Positions 25,322 to 38,515 of a stretch of DNA of 48,870 bases are shown in pieces. This stretch comes from Octopus bimaculoides (lineage: Eukaryota). Under the pieces are notes generated by a model. That model ran no database searches. It was not told the DNA's origin and was given only the letters and a program-made list of their open reading frames with translations. The first letter of the stretch is position 1. Each line of letters begins with the position of its first letter. The position numbers and the translations under genes are program-made. Location of the stretch: positions 17,425,517-17,474,386 of the forward strand of contig NC_068988.1 of assembly GCF_001194135.2 (NCBI RefSeq). The letters are read 5' to 3'.

Positions 25322-25396
<75 letters not shown>
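25306..25396. repeat. (CA)n microsatellite
   Basis: Long CA array. Confidence 0.95.
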
Positions 25397-25398
<2 letters not shown>

Positions 25399-26332
25399 CC
25401 TCTGTCTCTCTTTCTCGCTCTTTTTCTGTCTCCCCCTCTCTAGCTAACACAAATTCACACACATACAAAATTAATATATAAATACACGCACAAGTTCACA
25501 AATCAATAACATACATAAATACATTCACATGCACAGAAATCAATAGATTTTGCATGGCTGTACAAATGCACAATAGTTGATATATGCATGCAATAAAGAG
25601 GGTGAGTGTGTTGCTCTAGTGAAAGTTAGATGAGCACTGCTTACTTATCAAAGATGATAAATATACTTCGTGATAATTCTATTGTCGAAGCAGCATGACA
25701 TCATGTAGTTGTGGAGTTTGTTCTTAAATTAATCTTACATAGATTGAGAAACAACGATTGAGTGAAACGAGAGTCGTAGGTGGAGAAAATAGCCTAAGTT
25801 TGCGTTTATGTTTTGTAGTTATAGAAATGTATATAGAATACTTAGCAGATTCGGCATGATAGCATTATATGCGACAACGGTATCTAGACACACTCACACA
25901 CACACATGCACACACACACACACTCACACACACACACACACACACATGAGGATGTGTATGTCTACACCCTAGTTTCCGAATCCATACTTCCACAATTTTT
26001 AAGACAATATGGGCAAGCACACACACACACACACACACACATACACGGACTTAAACACGCACACACAAATGTGTCTGTGTTTGTGCTTATGATGGGTGTG
26101 TCTTTGTTTATGTTTACAACGTTTTTCACTAGACCTTAATCTTGTGTGGATTATGCTAACGCCCCTTTATGTCCAGACTCTTGCGGATCCACTATCAAAT
26201 TCAATAAACAAGTACCAACCTCACTTACGAAAATAAGTTCAGGAATCACATTGATCAACTAAACGCATGAAGGCGGTGACACATCAAAGCCGTAGTCTAA
26301 TTCCTGAAGGATTAAATATATACACATCCATT

Positions 26333-26368
<36 letters not shown>

Positions 26369-26392
26369 CGTGTGTGTGTGTGTGTGTGTGTC

Positions 26393-26424
<32 letters not shown>

Positions 26425-26670
26425 AGTATCTGCATGTGTGACACATATATATATATGTATAAATAGATGGATTTTCAAATAACATCTACAGTGTTTTGAC
26501 TCTGGATTTCCAAATGACAATGTAAACTTCAAATAATTATGATATCCTCAACCAGATGAGCACCTACTTGAGTACCCCTTGTTAAGTTATTATTACACAT
26601 CAGATGATCTTCTAGCTAAGAAACGGATGTAGCATGGATTTTACTTGTTCACTCCTTGAGTTTGTGTGTG

Positions 26671-26719
<49 letters not shown>

Positions 26720-26754
26720 CATTATCGGAGACGAGTTAACAGAGTTTTTAACTC

Positions 26755-26802
26755 GTCTCTGATGATGGGATACTATTTATTACCCTGAAACAGCTGTGAA
26801 AC
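26755..26802 (+). ncRNA. Degenerate minimal hammerhead-like motif (PLE type)
   Basis: GTCT-CTGATGA-T-GGG...CCC-T-GAA-ACAGCTGT-G-AAAC: intact core, palindromic stem III, but G at position 17 and one mismatch in stem I. Confidence 0.5.
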
Positions 26803-26871
26803 CACCTTTCTATTTACAATTGTCCTACGAATATCAAATTGCCTTGGCCTTGTTATCTTACTTTATCTCGC

Positions 26872-26915
<44 letters not shown>

Positions 26916-27429
26916 ACGGGTGCGCGCTAAGATATATTAGACGCAGCCACGACTGAATAGGGAATTAGGTTTGCAATCATAAGATCCTGAATTCAAACTG
27001 CATTACATAGCAGTTCTAGTGTCATTTATCATTGTCACAATATTCATTCTAAGCCTTATGAGGAACACTGTCTGGACAGAAACTACGTGGAAACCTGTTG
27101 CTTGTATTGTGCCCATGACCAAAACCAATTCTACATTGAGCAACTTCGTCTTTCTTTCGGGCATTTTATATATAGTATGATATAATGATTCCAGCTTAGC
27201 GGTATGGAGTAAATTAGGAGTGGTTTTTTTTACCACTGCAAGTAGACTTGTGAACCACAAATGGAGGTTGGCTCTTATTCAAAATATGTTCTAGCGAAAA
27301 ATAGAGCTCTGCTAATGCAGGATTGTAGTATCGGATTCTCTGGAGTCCGTCTATAGATTAAGGAGCAAGTATGCATAAGACTTCACGTTAATTCAATCTG
27401 ATTAATTTGTACTTCCACTAGTTGTCTTC

Positions 27430-27635
27430 AACCCATTGTTTAGTTCCTTTGCGTATCATGAATAATAATGGAGACAAATCATCTTATATGATGATAATAA
27501 TGGTGACGAGGATGATGATAATGAGTAAGGGGAAGTTGGTGATGATGAAGATAGTGATGATAAGAATGATGATGGTGATGATGATGATGGTGATGATAAT
27601 GATAAGAGTGTTGATGGTGACGACGATGAATTTTT
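27430..27635. repeat. (GAT)n low-complexity tract
   Basis: Imperfect gatgat array. Confidence 0.9.
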
Positions 27636-28418
27636 AAGTTCATGGATCAGCCAGTTGACTGTACGAAATTATCTGACTAGTTGAATTAACGTGCAATTGG
27701 TTGTTGGTTGAGTATACCATAGAGATGTGTAGTTCAATTCTGTATCAGCGTAACACAATAATAGAAATAAGACTACATCTTTTAATTACAGGTAGTGCTC
27801 ATGACTATCTCCCATACAGTTTCTGTTTACACACTTGAATTCACGTATGATGGGTCGGCATGAACTTTTGATGAAGACACTTACCGAAGATGTCACGCAG
27901 AGGGATCGAACTAAATGTGTGAACTTCATGAGTAAAAACGCACAACATAACTATGCCTCCGTCACTTCCGCGCCTACGTATTCCATGTACACACACACAC
28001 ACACACACACATCTGTCGTAGACACTCACAACCAATTTCTTTTTCTCTCAGTGTCTTACTTTAGAATCTCTCTTACCACACGCAGCCTTCCTATCTTTAC
28101 ATATATGCATGTATGTACATACATATATATATAAACACGCTCACACACACACACATACATACACAAACACACACACACACACACACGCACACACACAAAC
28201 ACACACACACACGCCGCCTCCACATGCGTATTCACACACGTACATATATAGACACACACATCATATTTACTGCGTGTCTCGTTGTTTGTTTGCAATTTCT
28301 TTTACTGAACACGTCTATTCTAAATGTTTTCTTCCTTCTCTCTCCTCTCTCCCTCTCTTTCTCTGTCTCTCTCTCTTTCTCTCTGTCTCTCTCTCTCTCT
28401 CTGTATCTCCCTTTGTCT

Positions 28419-28462
<44 letters not shown>

Positions 28463-28879
28463 CTTTGTATTTATCCCTGTATCTTCCGTATTAACAGTAA
28501 AATATTTCGTTCATTTATCTATAATATTACATGTACAATTTTTTCGTTTATTTCATTTTTCTTTCCTACACACCCTCACTTACACACACACATGCACAAA
28601 ACATTTCTTTCTCACTCATCATCTCTCTCTTTTTTTACCCCAGGATCTTTCTACATGCTGTGCTTTTCTAATTTTATTCTCTCGTAACCTGTTACTGACA
28701 CGCTGTTTTTGCCTCTAACCAACATTCTTTCTTACTCTCACTACATCATCACGTGCATCATATTTCCATTCAGATTTTACCCCACTTCCCACTACGCTAC
28801 AGCCCTCCTGCTGCCGAAACTTAAATCTTAGCTGGAACTTAAATACCTAACGAATGTTATGGTATTCATACAGAAGTAA

Positions 28880-29479
28880 TCTTATGAGTAAACGTCACGG
28901 CTACCTAGTTGGTGGGATCGTCTGTTCGTTGGATATTAGACATTTCAGTACACGTTCTGCTCTTTGAGTTCGAATATTGCCACGAACAACTTTTCCATTC
29001 ATAATTTTGATATCGATAAATAATGTGTCTAGCTAAGATTGGGGCGTGTGTTCGTATTCTTTTTATTACTTTCGGAAGAATCGTTAGCACATCGGATGAT
29101 AACCTTAATGGCATTTCGACAGTCTTTATGTTCTGGATTCAAATTCCGTCAAGGTCGACTTTGTCTTTAATCCTTCGGGTTCGATAAAAAAAGTTACAGT
29201 TGGGCACTGAGGTGGAAGTAATAGTTACTGGCCTTGTGCTAAACTTTGAAGCCATTATTAAATGGGTGAGTTAGTAGAATCGTTACCACATTGGACAAGA
29301 CAAATAATGTTATTTTTATTTAATCGGTCTTTACGTTCTGAGTTCAAATTCCACCGATGTTGACTTTGCCTTTCATCCTTTCGGGGTTGGTAAATTAAAT
29401 ACCAGTGAAACACTGGAGTCGATGTAATCGCCTAGACCCCTCGCCACAAATTTCAGGTCACGTGCCTTCAATAGAAAGG

Positions 29480-29529
<50 letters not shown>

Positions 29530-29545
29530 CATTATCATCATAAGA
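28880..29545 (+). mobile_element. Three tandem SINE family B copies of increasing integrity, last with (ATT)n tail
   Basis: Repeated agaatcgtta...gttctg-attcaaattcc...gactttg...cggg bodies at about 28880, 29075 and 29262. Confidence 0.75.
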
Positions 29546-30769
29546 AACACATTATAATATTGTGCCATTCTATATTCGACCCGTAAATGACAGTAAGGCT
29601 ACACATGTCTGTGGGATTCTAGGTCACTTAAACGCTCATTTAACAAAGAAGGATGACATAACCTTTGACCTCAACAACTCAACATTCTTCCTCGCTGTAG
29701 AACTTAACAGAGAATAGAGAATACATGTCTTAAATAAATAAACTTGCTTTTGGTTCAATTTTAATACGTGATATTCTGGTTAAAAAGTATTATGTATGTA
29801 TATATGTATATATGAACGAATGAATGAGTGAATTGATGAATGAATGAATGAATGAATTTTCCACCGACTCATATATCGCTAAGTGCAAGCGATACAGTTG
29901 AAAATAAGGAGGTCTCTATTTTACACGAGTGACACAGAATTATTTATTCAATGAAAATACTAACCGTTGTATAACCCATCGCAAACATAAACAATGTTGC
30001 TATTAGTAAAGATTACTTGATATGAATTAACTAAAAATAAATATATAAAAAAGCCAACATAGATTTTTTAACCTAATAAATATACAATCATTATATTTAT
30101 GTCTTAACCGAAATGTTAAAAGTATGTACAACACATCAGTACGAACTTTCTTCCCTATAGAGTAAGTCTCAGAAATGTTATAGTGTTAAATATTGTGTTG
30201 CATTTTAGTTTGATCTCTTCATTACAATATCGTTCGTATTTGGGTGATTTCGGACTTCTTTGAAATGAATTAAATAAAAACTAATTATATACCATCGACA
30301 GTTATATACAATCGACTTTACTTTCTTCTCATATAAACTTGTAGCCATTTTTATTCACTGTTACATGGTATAGTTTGGGGGAGAAGTTTGCACTTGTAAT
30401 CGTTTTACAGCACTTCAAAAATTACTCGTGGGAACTTAGTCTCAAACAAGATGACCGAATAACTACAACTGATTGTCCTCCACCAAATACACCCAACAGC
30501 TGGGAAGTAATGTTAAACAGGATGACATGCAAGAAAAAAATGTTTCGTCCGATAGGCTTCTGTACGGTAACTGTTTAATACATTTTACCAAAATGGCTTT
30601 CATTGATGCGAGTCTAAGGCAAGTAACACTTGCCTAAAGTTTCAGTCAGTGGGAACGAATCCGAAAATATATAAATGGAAAACGTCTTGCCCACACTCGT
30701 TTCCTTCGGCTATTTACTGAGGTGAAAATGCGTTGCAGTATATTACCACAGCCCTTTAATGTTCTGATT

Positions 30770-31358
30770 TCAATTTCGCCGATGTTAAATTTTGCCTTAC
30801 GTTCCAACGAGATGGATAAGAAAAAGAAATCTGCATTAACTGATGCTGACTACCCATCCTCCGCCCATTTACAAAACTTCTAGCTTTGTGCCCACATTTC
30901 AAATTACTTGGGGTGTTATTTTGGCAGAATTGTTTAAGCATCAGAAAAAGATATCTTGTGATATTTCTTTCAAATCTTTACATTCTGAATTCTATTCCAC
31001 CGACGTCGACTTCGCTTTTAATTATTTCGACGTCGGTAAACTAATTATCTGCTGAGTACTATGGCCGATGTAATAGATTTCCCTCTTCCCTCAAAATTGC
31101 TAGCCTTGTACCAAAAATTTTTTAATTAATTTTTTGTTTGGCAGCCTCTTTAGCCCGCCGGACAAAGTGTTTAGCGGCATATCGTCCGTCTTTATGTTCC
31201 GAGTTAAAATTCAGCCGTGGCTGATTTTTGCCGTTCATTCTTTTAAGGTGATTAAAATAAGTAACTGTTATCGACATGCACCGCCCCTCAAAATTGCTGA
31301 TCTTTCGCTAAAATTTGAAACCACTATTATTATTATGTGCCTGTAGTAGAAAGGATTA

Positions 31359-31413
<55 letters not shown>
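30770..31413 (+). mobile_element. Tandem SINE family B remnants ending in an (ATT)n tail
   Basis: Family B segments at about 30770, 30920 and 31140; tail 31355-31413. Confidence 0.7.
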
Positions 31414-31414
<1 letters not shown>

Positions 31415-31530
31415 GAGTGAGAGAGCAGTGCATGCCATCAAAGTGACACTGGGGTAAAATATACGAAGCCTATTATATCCATCATGACTACCCGTCTGAC
31501 AAGGGTACACCAAGCACATGCATCACGATC
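31414..31530 (-). mobile_element. Family D 3' fragment
   Basis: gagtgagagagcagtgcatgccatcaaagtgacactgggg..., matching 33031 onward. Confidence 0.85.
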
Positions 31531-31569
31531 AACAGATAAGAATAGCATAGGTTATCCACAATTTGAATT

Positions 31570-32480
31570 CCTCAACTACCGATGGTGGGGAGCCCTAAAA
31601 TGAACGATTAGAATAGAAACTGTAGAATTTAGCAGAAAATTAGCGATAGAGAAGACTAGAGTGAGGGAAATCTAGTTAGGAACTCAGAAGAGACACTCTG
31701 TAGAAGCATAGTGACCGACGTGGTGGCAGTGAGATTGCTTGTAAACCAATTCTTCAACACCAAGCATGAAGGTTGTATTGTCAGGGTTAGGTCGCGAGCT
31801 CTAAAGCAGGAGAGAACGAAAGCCGTTCGATGGGCCCGGGTAACCGAGGCGCAACGTGGTAATAAAACTACAATTGGGTCTTTCAGAGGTCGGGACGTGG
31901 TGCGTGGTGGCCCGGCGGCGAAGGTGAATTTCACTTCCTACATCGATGGCATCCTGCGGCTTTCAGCTAGGGACGTGGATTTCTACGAAGTACCGATAAC
32001 AGCTGAAGACATATATGACGCATTGGCTAGTTGCACGAGGGAGAGGTCACAGGGCTTGGATGTTCTGCCCTTCGAGCTTTATATACATATGCCAGACTTG
32101 TTTGGTAAACTTTTGGAAAACATCTACCGCAACTGGCAGCAGAATGGGAGAATAAGCTGAGGTGTGGTGCGGTTACTGAGAAAGGATCCGAACAAGGGTG
32201 ACATTGTCGATAACTTTAGGCCGGTAACTCTGTTAAATGCACATTACAAAATTTTGGCCAAAGTGTTAGCAAAAAGGTTGGCGCTTGTCGTTGACAGACT
32301 GGTGGGTGATGCGCAGACTTGCGCTATACCCAGCAGAACTATACATGACAACCTCCACCTCACGTGATAGATCATAGAGAGAGTTAGTAAAGAAGCAGTC
32401 TTGGGTGGAGCCCTGGTCCATTTGGATTTATTGAAAACTCTTGATAGGGCCGACCACCTTTACTTGGAGGCTATCCTCAA
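31570..32480 (+). mobile_element. L1/Tx1-clade LINE ORF2 fragment (linker and start of RT), pseudogenised
   Basis: Translation PITAEDIYDAL...SQGLDVLPFELY...*GVVRLLRKDPNKGDIVDNFRPVTLLNAHYKILAKVLAKRL...QTCAIPSRTIHDNLHL...ALVHLDLLKTLDRADHLYL matches the L1/Tx1 RT N-terminal motifs (SPGPDG, NWRPISLLN, LDxxKAFD); in-frame stops present. Confidence 0.9.
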
Positions 32481-32506
32481 ATATTATTATCATTGTTATT
32501 ATTATA

Positions 32507-32707
32507 AAGGCGGTGAGCTAGCAGAATCGTTAGCACGCCCAGCAAAATGCTTAACGTCCTTACGTTCTGTGTTCAAATTCCACCGAGGTCGCCTTTGCCT
32601 TTCATTCTTTCAGGATCGATAAATTAAGCACCAGTCAAGTACTTGGGTTGATGTGATCGACTATCCTCTCCCAGCAAAATTGCAGGCCTTGTGTTATGTA
32701 GTAGAAT

Positions 32708-32768
<61 letters not shown>
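32507..32768 (+). mobile_element. SINE family B, full length, with (ATT)n tail
   Basis: aaggcggtgagctagcagaatcgttagcacgccc...gttcaaattccaccgaggtcgcctttgcctttcattc...ggccttgtg...gtagaatg(tat)n. Confidence 0.9.
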
Positions 32769-32970
32769 GTGGTGAAAGTTCACAGCTTGGTTTGCTGGGC
32801 ATGATGGAAAGTGTCGGCTGCCCACAGCCAGCAGACTATTGTGACACTTGTTTACTGGTCACGCTTCAAGATCCCTGCAAAAATTCTTGCAGTTCCAAGC
32901 AAAGTTGATTTCGTGGGTATTCTACCTTCACACTTGCACCGATCTTTTATTGTCATGCTGGTACTTGAGT
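32769..32970 (-). mobile_element. R4/Dong-type non-LTR element 3' end
   Basis: Minus strand encodes KSTLLGTARIFAGIL then stop (QKxxLLGTARIL-type C-terminus), then a short UTR and an (AAT)n tail. Confidence 0.7.
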
Positions 32971-32971
32971 G

Positions 32972-33030
<59 letters not shown>

Positions 33031-33031
<1 letters not shown>

Positions 33032-33552
33032 GAGTGAGAGAACAGGGCATGCCATCAAAGTGACACTGGGGTAAAATATACAAAGCCCAGTATGCCCATC
33101 ATGACTACTCGTCTGATAAGGGTACAACAGGCACATGCACCACAACCATATGTGCACGACATGGCGATCTCATATCAAGATAAACAGCGCATGACCTCGC
33201 AGGTTGAGTAGCCCATCCCGCTAAAAAGGTCCCTGAATAAGGTTCGTTTAAGGATGTTGAGCAAAACACTCATGTTTCCAAAGGTGAATTATTCAAACCC
33301 AAAAGAATTCCTCTCAACACATGGCTATGATGCCTCCCCCACTACTTCTGCTCATGATCAGAGATGCACATATCGTCAGCCACCAAGGGACATGCTCAAC
33401 TGTTTAAGGTCAAACAACTGACAAGCAAATCTGTGGTATTAAGCAGAATATTTTCTGTAGCCCATTTTTTATACCAAAACAAAACAATGTACATGATAAC
33501 ATTTCCAATCAATTAAGATCGGAAACCGTGGGAGCCACTACCTGGTACCGCA
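33031..33552 (-). mobile_element. Family D element, about 520 bp, bracketed by (TAA)n on both sides
   Basis: Third copy in the window; (ATT)n at 32972-33030 and 33553-33630; no ORF. Confidence 0.85.
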
Positions 33553-33630
<78 letters not shown>

Positions 33631-34339
33631 CATTATTTACATTATTATTTACATTATATTCATTTGGATCTCCAGAAGTTATTATTTTGGTAAGATGATA
33701 ACGATATTTGGCCTTAAACTAAATGCCACATAATATTTTTATTCATTCGTCTGTATTAGTTGAAGTAGAAGAATTCTAATGTTGTGTCGTATTGCCCCAT
33801 GGTCATTTCCGAAAGGGTAGATTAATAGCTATGTTGCTATGTTGCTTACAACGATAAATAGTAGTTAGCATGTATGAGATGCAGTGTGACAATCTTGACA
33901 TGTGCTTTCTCCGTTGTCAAGCCTATTCGTGTACGTCTGTTGATTCTGATGGTGGACATAATGGAGGCAGAAAAGGTGATCGCAGTGAATGAAGTCGCTT
34001 GCAGTCAATGATACAGGCGTCAGAAATACAACGAGGTCGACACTTAATCTAATATAAAAATCGTCTAAAATAATTGTCATTGCAACAACAAGAGATGGTC
34101 GATATAAATGATGGCCTTATACTATACCTTAAGCTATCTACTTGGTTCCTCCATTGTTTGCAATCCAATCCTCTACGGTGTCAATGCTGATTTCTATCTT
34201 TCGAAACTGATAAAATAAATATCACTAATACATTGCAGTCTGTTCACTTAAATGAATTACAAAAACGAATAAATTACAAACTCAGTCACGTATGTAAGCT
34301 GAACTAAAAAGCATTATTATTAATATTATTGCTGTTGTT

Positions 34340-34988
34340 GTTGTTGTTGTTGTTGTTGTTGGTGTTGTTGTTGTTGTTGTTGTTGTTATCATTATCATCA
34401 TCGTTATTTATGGTTTCTTTTCATTATAACTTCATTTCAGCTGCCTTAGTACCGGGCATTCTCCGGAGGCCAAGAGTAGCGAGGGCACTTTTGTTTTCCT
34501 ATGCATGCTAAAATTATCACCACATTCATTCCATTTTAAATGGAGAGTGCTCTCCGTAGTTTATGGGCTGTACCCATCAAGGTTATCTTCTGTAGCTCAC
34601 GGAGATTGGAGTTACCAGGGAGTTGCTCAATATACTTCTCAGCTCCCTTCTTTAGCATTCCCAACACACCAATTACTACTGGTGTTATCGTAGTACTAAG
34701 CTTCTACATTTTCGTGATTTCACTTTGCAGATCTTTCCAGTGAGAAAGATTTTCGTATTCCTTTCTTGAGACATTTTGATCTTATGGGACAGACATATAT
34801 ATTAACAGACAAGTTCCTCTTTTGTAGTCCTTGATCACAATGTCTGGTCGATTAAAGTCAATTTTTCTGTCTGTTTGTATTGGTAAATTCCAAAGGATGG
34901 TGACGCCCTCACCATTTACTACATCCTCTGGATGGTGCCTCTACCAATAATCATGGGATTTAATTTTGTAGTACTTAGAAGCATTCCA
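34340..34988 (-). mobile_element. R4/Dong-clade retrotransposon 3' fragment with restriction-like endonuclease domain (decayed frame 34536-34988)
   Basis: Minus frame reads WNASKYYKIKSHDYW*RHHPEDVVNGEGVTILWNLPIQTDRKIDFNRPDIVIKDYKRGTCLLIYMSVP*DQNVSRKEYENLSHWKDLQSEITKM*KLSTTITPVVIGVLGMLKKGAEKYIEQLPGNSNLRELQKITLMGTAHKLRRALSI*, with RPD...KE and PVVIGxLG signatures; (AAT/AAC)n on both flanks. Confidence 0.9.
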
Positions 34989-35049
<61 letters not shown>

Positions 35050-35208
35050 GTTGTTGTTGTTATTTACTTTTAATCTCCATGTTTGTTGCTATCATTTGCC
35101 GAGACATATCCAGCGTCCTAGCGCGAGTGAGCGATGAGAGATGTTACAGTATGACTGAAAGCTTGGGGAGGAGATGTGTCACGAGCAGTTGCACAAAAAT
35201 TGCTGGCC

Positions 35209-35265
<57 letters not shown>

Positions 35266-35457
35266 TATAATCCTTTCTGCTATAGGCACAAGGCCTGAAA
35301 TTTTGTGGGAGGGAACTAGTCGATTATCGATTACATCGACCCCAGTGCGTAACTGGTACTTAATTTATCGACCCCGAAAGGGTGAAAGCAATGTCAACTT
35401 CGGTAGAATTTGAACTCAGAATGTAAAACTAGAGGAAATGCTGCTGAGCATATTGTC
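35209..35457 (-). mobile_element. SINE family B with (AAT)n tail on the + strand
   Basis: Reverse complement of the family B body. Confidence 0.85.
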
Positions 35458-36859
35458 AAATTAAAGATCCCTCTGGATGGAAAAAGTCGAAGACACTCCG
35501 TGGGATTCGAACTACATCTTTTGTAAACATGAGAAGCGTTCTACCACTGGACTAAACCACTCGTTTAAATTTCTCTTTCGTCTAGTAGAACACCTGTCAT
35601 ATTTGAGATGTGGGTTCGAGTTTCTTTAACGTTTTCTAAGTGATTTTACTCCCACTTATACGCTATTACTTGCAGTTTTATCTGCTTCGAGATCCACTGT
35701 TCCAAAAAAAAAAAAAATTAACTTTCTTTCGAAGTTTATCAAAATACTTATAACGACAACTAGTTTAATTAGTGTTTGTGGTACCTCGTTTTGTGTAATT
35801 TTAGACTTAGTAATAGCTTATACTGGGTGGCTCAGTGGAGTTCGATAATTGTAGTATTTATTTTCATATCGTATCTGCTAATTGCTTCCAACTTATTAGG
35901 CGTGCGTATGAAAGAACTTTAAATGTCTTGTTTCAAACATTCAGTATTCAAAAAGAAAAAGTAATAAGATAAATCATAATCAATGCCATAATCCAATTCC
36001 ACTGTTCTCACAATCTCGCAGAGAGTCAATCAACAGCAATGTTATTTTACCAAGGGCAATAATTTCTATATTTCCTTCTCTCCAGATGACTGTAATTCTA
36101 TCAGATCATAGCCATAAAGGCTAGTCAATAATTTAGTTTTTAATTAAGTGGCAGTATCGTCATGTAAATTACCAAAGATCGTAATTACTCTGAAAATCTC
36201 AGCCACGGGAGAAAGAGAGTTTTTGATTACTCGTTTATTTGTACTAACTGTCCATATGCCGGATTTCAAATTATGTGACCTGTCTAGCTATTTATTTCTC
36301 ACACATTTAGAATGGACAGCCATTTAAAACGAGAATCTTTATTTTCCAATCCGAATGCCTTGCTATAAAAATAAATGCAGAAATCTTTTTGTTTTTATTC
36401 ATTCATTTATTTCTGAGAGCAGAAAAACACGGTTGGTCAAATGTTAGCTTTTACATGGATGGCATCAATGCTGTAACAGTAGCGTAACTTGAGTGTTTAC
36501 CGCCAGAGGCCGCACTTGTTTTCGCTTCCATCTCCCCACTGGACCACACGCCTTTACAAGCTTATACAGGTGACCTAAATTTCCGCCTTCATATGAGTCG
36601 AAAATATCCTCTCCAAATATACTCTACCCTGTACTGGAAACAAAGAACTCTTTCAAAATTGCCAATGCATACGTCTCTTGAATTTTCATTTGTAGTAATT
36701 AATATTGTTATTGTTATTGCGTTACTATTTTTCATGTTACAAAAACCCCTCAAAATCAGTCATAAAATATCAATGGCAAGAAACCTTACGACACCTCTTT
36801 GTACCTTCCCACCCAAACAGATCCACATCTCATTGGCCAGCATTAAAAAATCCATAACC

Positions 36860-36903
36860 ATGTGTTGCCTTCTTGCATTTCTCCTTTTATCTCATACCAC
36901 ATG
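36860..36903 (+). CDS. Weak candidate first exon encoding a signal-peptide-like stretch (MCCLLAFLLLSHTT, phase 2); in-frame upstream ATG at 36773
   Basis: aaccATG start, hydrophobic codons, donor-like TG|GTGAGC; the frame is open from 36593. No partner exon seen. Confidence 0.2.
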
Positions 36904-38515
36904 GTGAGCGTGATATGATATGGATATTGCTGAGGCCAGTATTGGTGTTGCGTATTTAAGTACTTAAAGGCTCGAGTGATAAAGAACAATAATTAAGACG
37001 AAACGAGCAGCAATATATATGCATATGTATATATATATATATATGTGTATATATGTTAGTGTGTGTGTGTGTGTGTATACGATTTATATATAATTACTGA
37101 TAAAATTACAGCATTACAGCAGGGCTGTACGATTGTAAGGAAATATGAATTCAAACACCACAAAACATGTGTTAATTTATACGGTAACTGCCTTAATTGC
37201 CTGCTTCCTTAGACTGAATGAGTCAAGAGACCATGTTTTCTGTTTTTCCCCATATACGTATGCACGCATATATAAACATAAATATATATTAATGCATGTA
37301 TGTGAGCGTGTATATCTGCGCGCGAGTGTATGTGTATGTGTGTGTGTGTGTGAATGTTTGCATGTTTTGGAGTTAGTTGTTAGTATTATGTGCGTTGAGA
37401 AGAATCACTGTTTAGGAATTAGTTCAAACTGACACCGTTAATGACCCCCCGAAATGACCATGACGTACAAGATTATTGAGTGTCTTTCAAAGTTGCGTGA
37501 AACGTGTGCAGAATCGATAGATTCCCCACTCAGCTGAAAGCTGCTGCCGAGAAAGAAATTCACCATTCATAGTTTTATAATACTAGTCAACATATGGTTG
37601 TAAGTAGATAAACATTGAGGATATTTAAATAGACTGTTGTTTTAGATTGTCTTTTGTTGATTTTTGTTTGCTTTTACTGTTCATTTTTTTCTTTTATTTT
37701 CTTATAAGAATATTCTACACATGTGTTAGCGTGTACGTTGTCACATAATGTTAAAACTTCACGAAGATGAAATTTGATTTCTGGCCATTAGCAGTGTGCA
37801 TGATCTTGCTGAGATAGCGTGTTTATATTTCATTCATAGGCTTCCAAAAATATTTCTAAGTTCACTTGTTTCTTAGCCATTCAGAATTCAAGTACATCAT
37901 TTACAGTCAGCATACTCGTTGATACACAGTCCTTTAAAGAAGTGAATAAGACAATCTCTCTTGTTATCGTATGGATTTATATTTCATTTTCTTAAGCGCC
38001 TGCTGTAATTCTGTGCGGAGGTTATAATACAGGAGTTAATGTTTGTAAAGATTTGATTTGACCAAGATCGATACCTGTTTGTTAGTGTATATAATACAGA
38101 TGTTTCTGTTTCCGTGCTGGTGAGATAAATATACTTTTTCTTGAGGCGTAATACAATGACTATAAATAATGATCATTTATATTTACAGCCAGTGAATTCT
38201 GGCCATGCTGGGGCACTACCTTGAGATGATTGTTTTATTTAAATTGACTCAATTTTATTTTCAGCGGGTTGCTTATTCCAACCACTTCTCTGATTTCTCT
38301 CAGTTTGATGTATGGTCACGTAAAGAAAGCTCTACCGGTTGTCAAACAGTGAAATGCATGCATACACATGCGAACGAACACACACACAACTACACATACA
38401 AACACAAAGACACATGTAGACGAACTTATACACACATACATACATACACATTCATACACACACACACACACGCACACAGACACACATATATAAACAATTA
38501 GAGCGTGGAAGGTGT

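Noticed and set aside
27003-27260. 85-aa minus-strand ORF and overlapping short plus frames
   Set aside because: No domain signature or splice support; compatible with chance.
28880-31413. Regularly recurring similar segments that might suggest a CRISPR-like array
   Set aside because: Units are about 200-bp diverged SINE copies of variable spacing in eukaryotic DNA, with no fixed repeat-spacer period and no cas genes.
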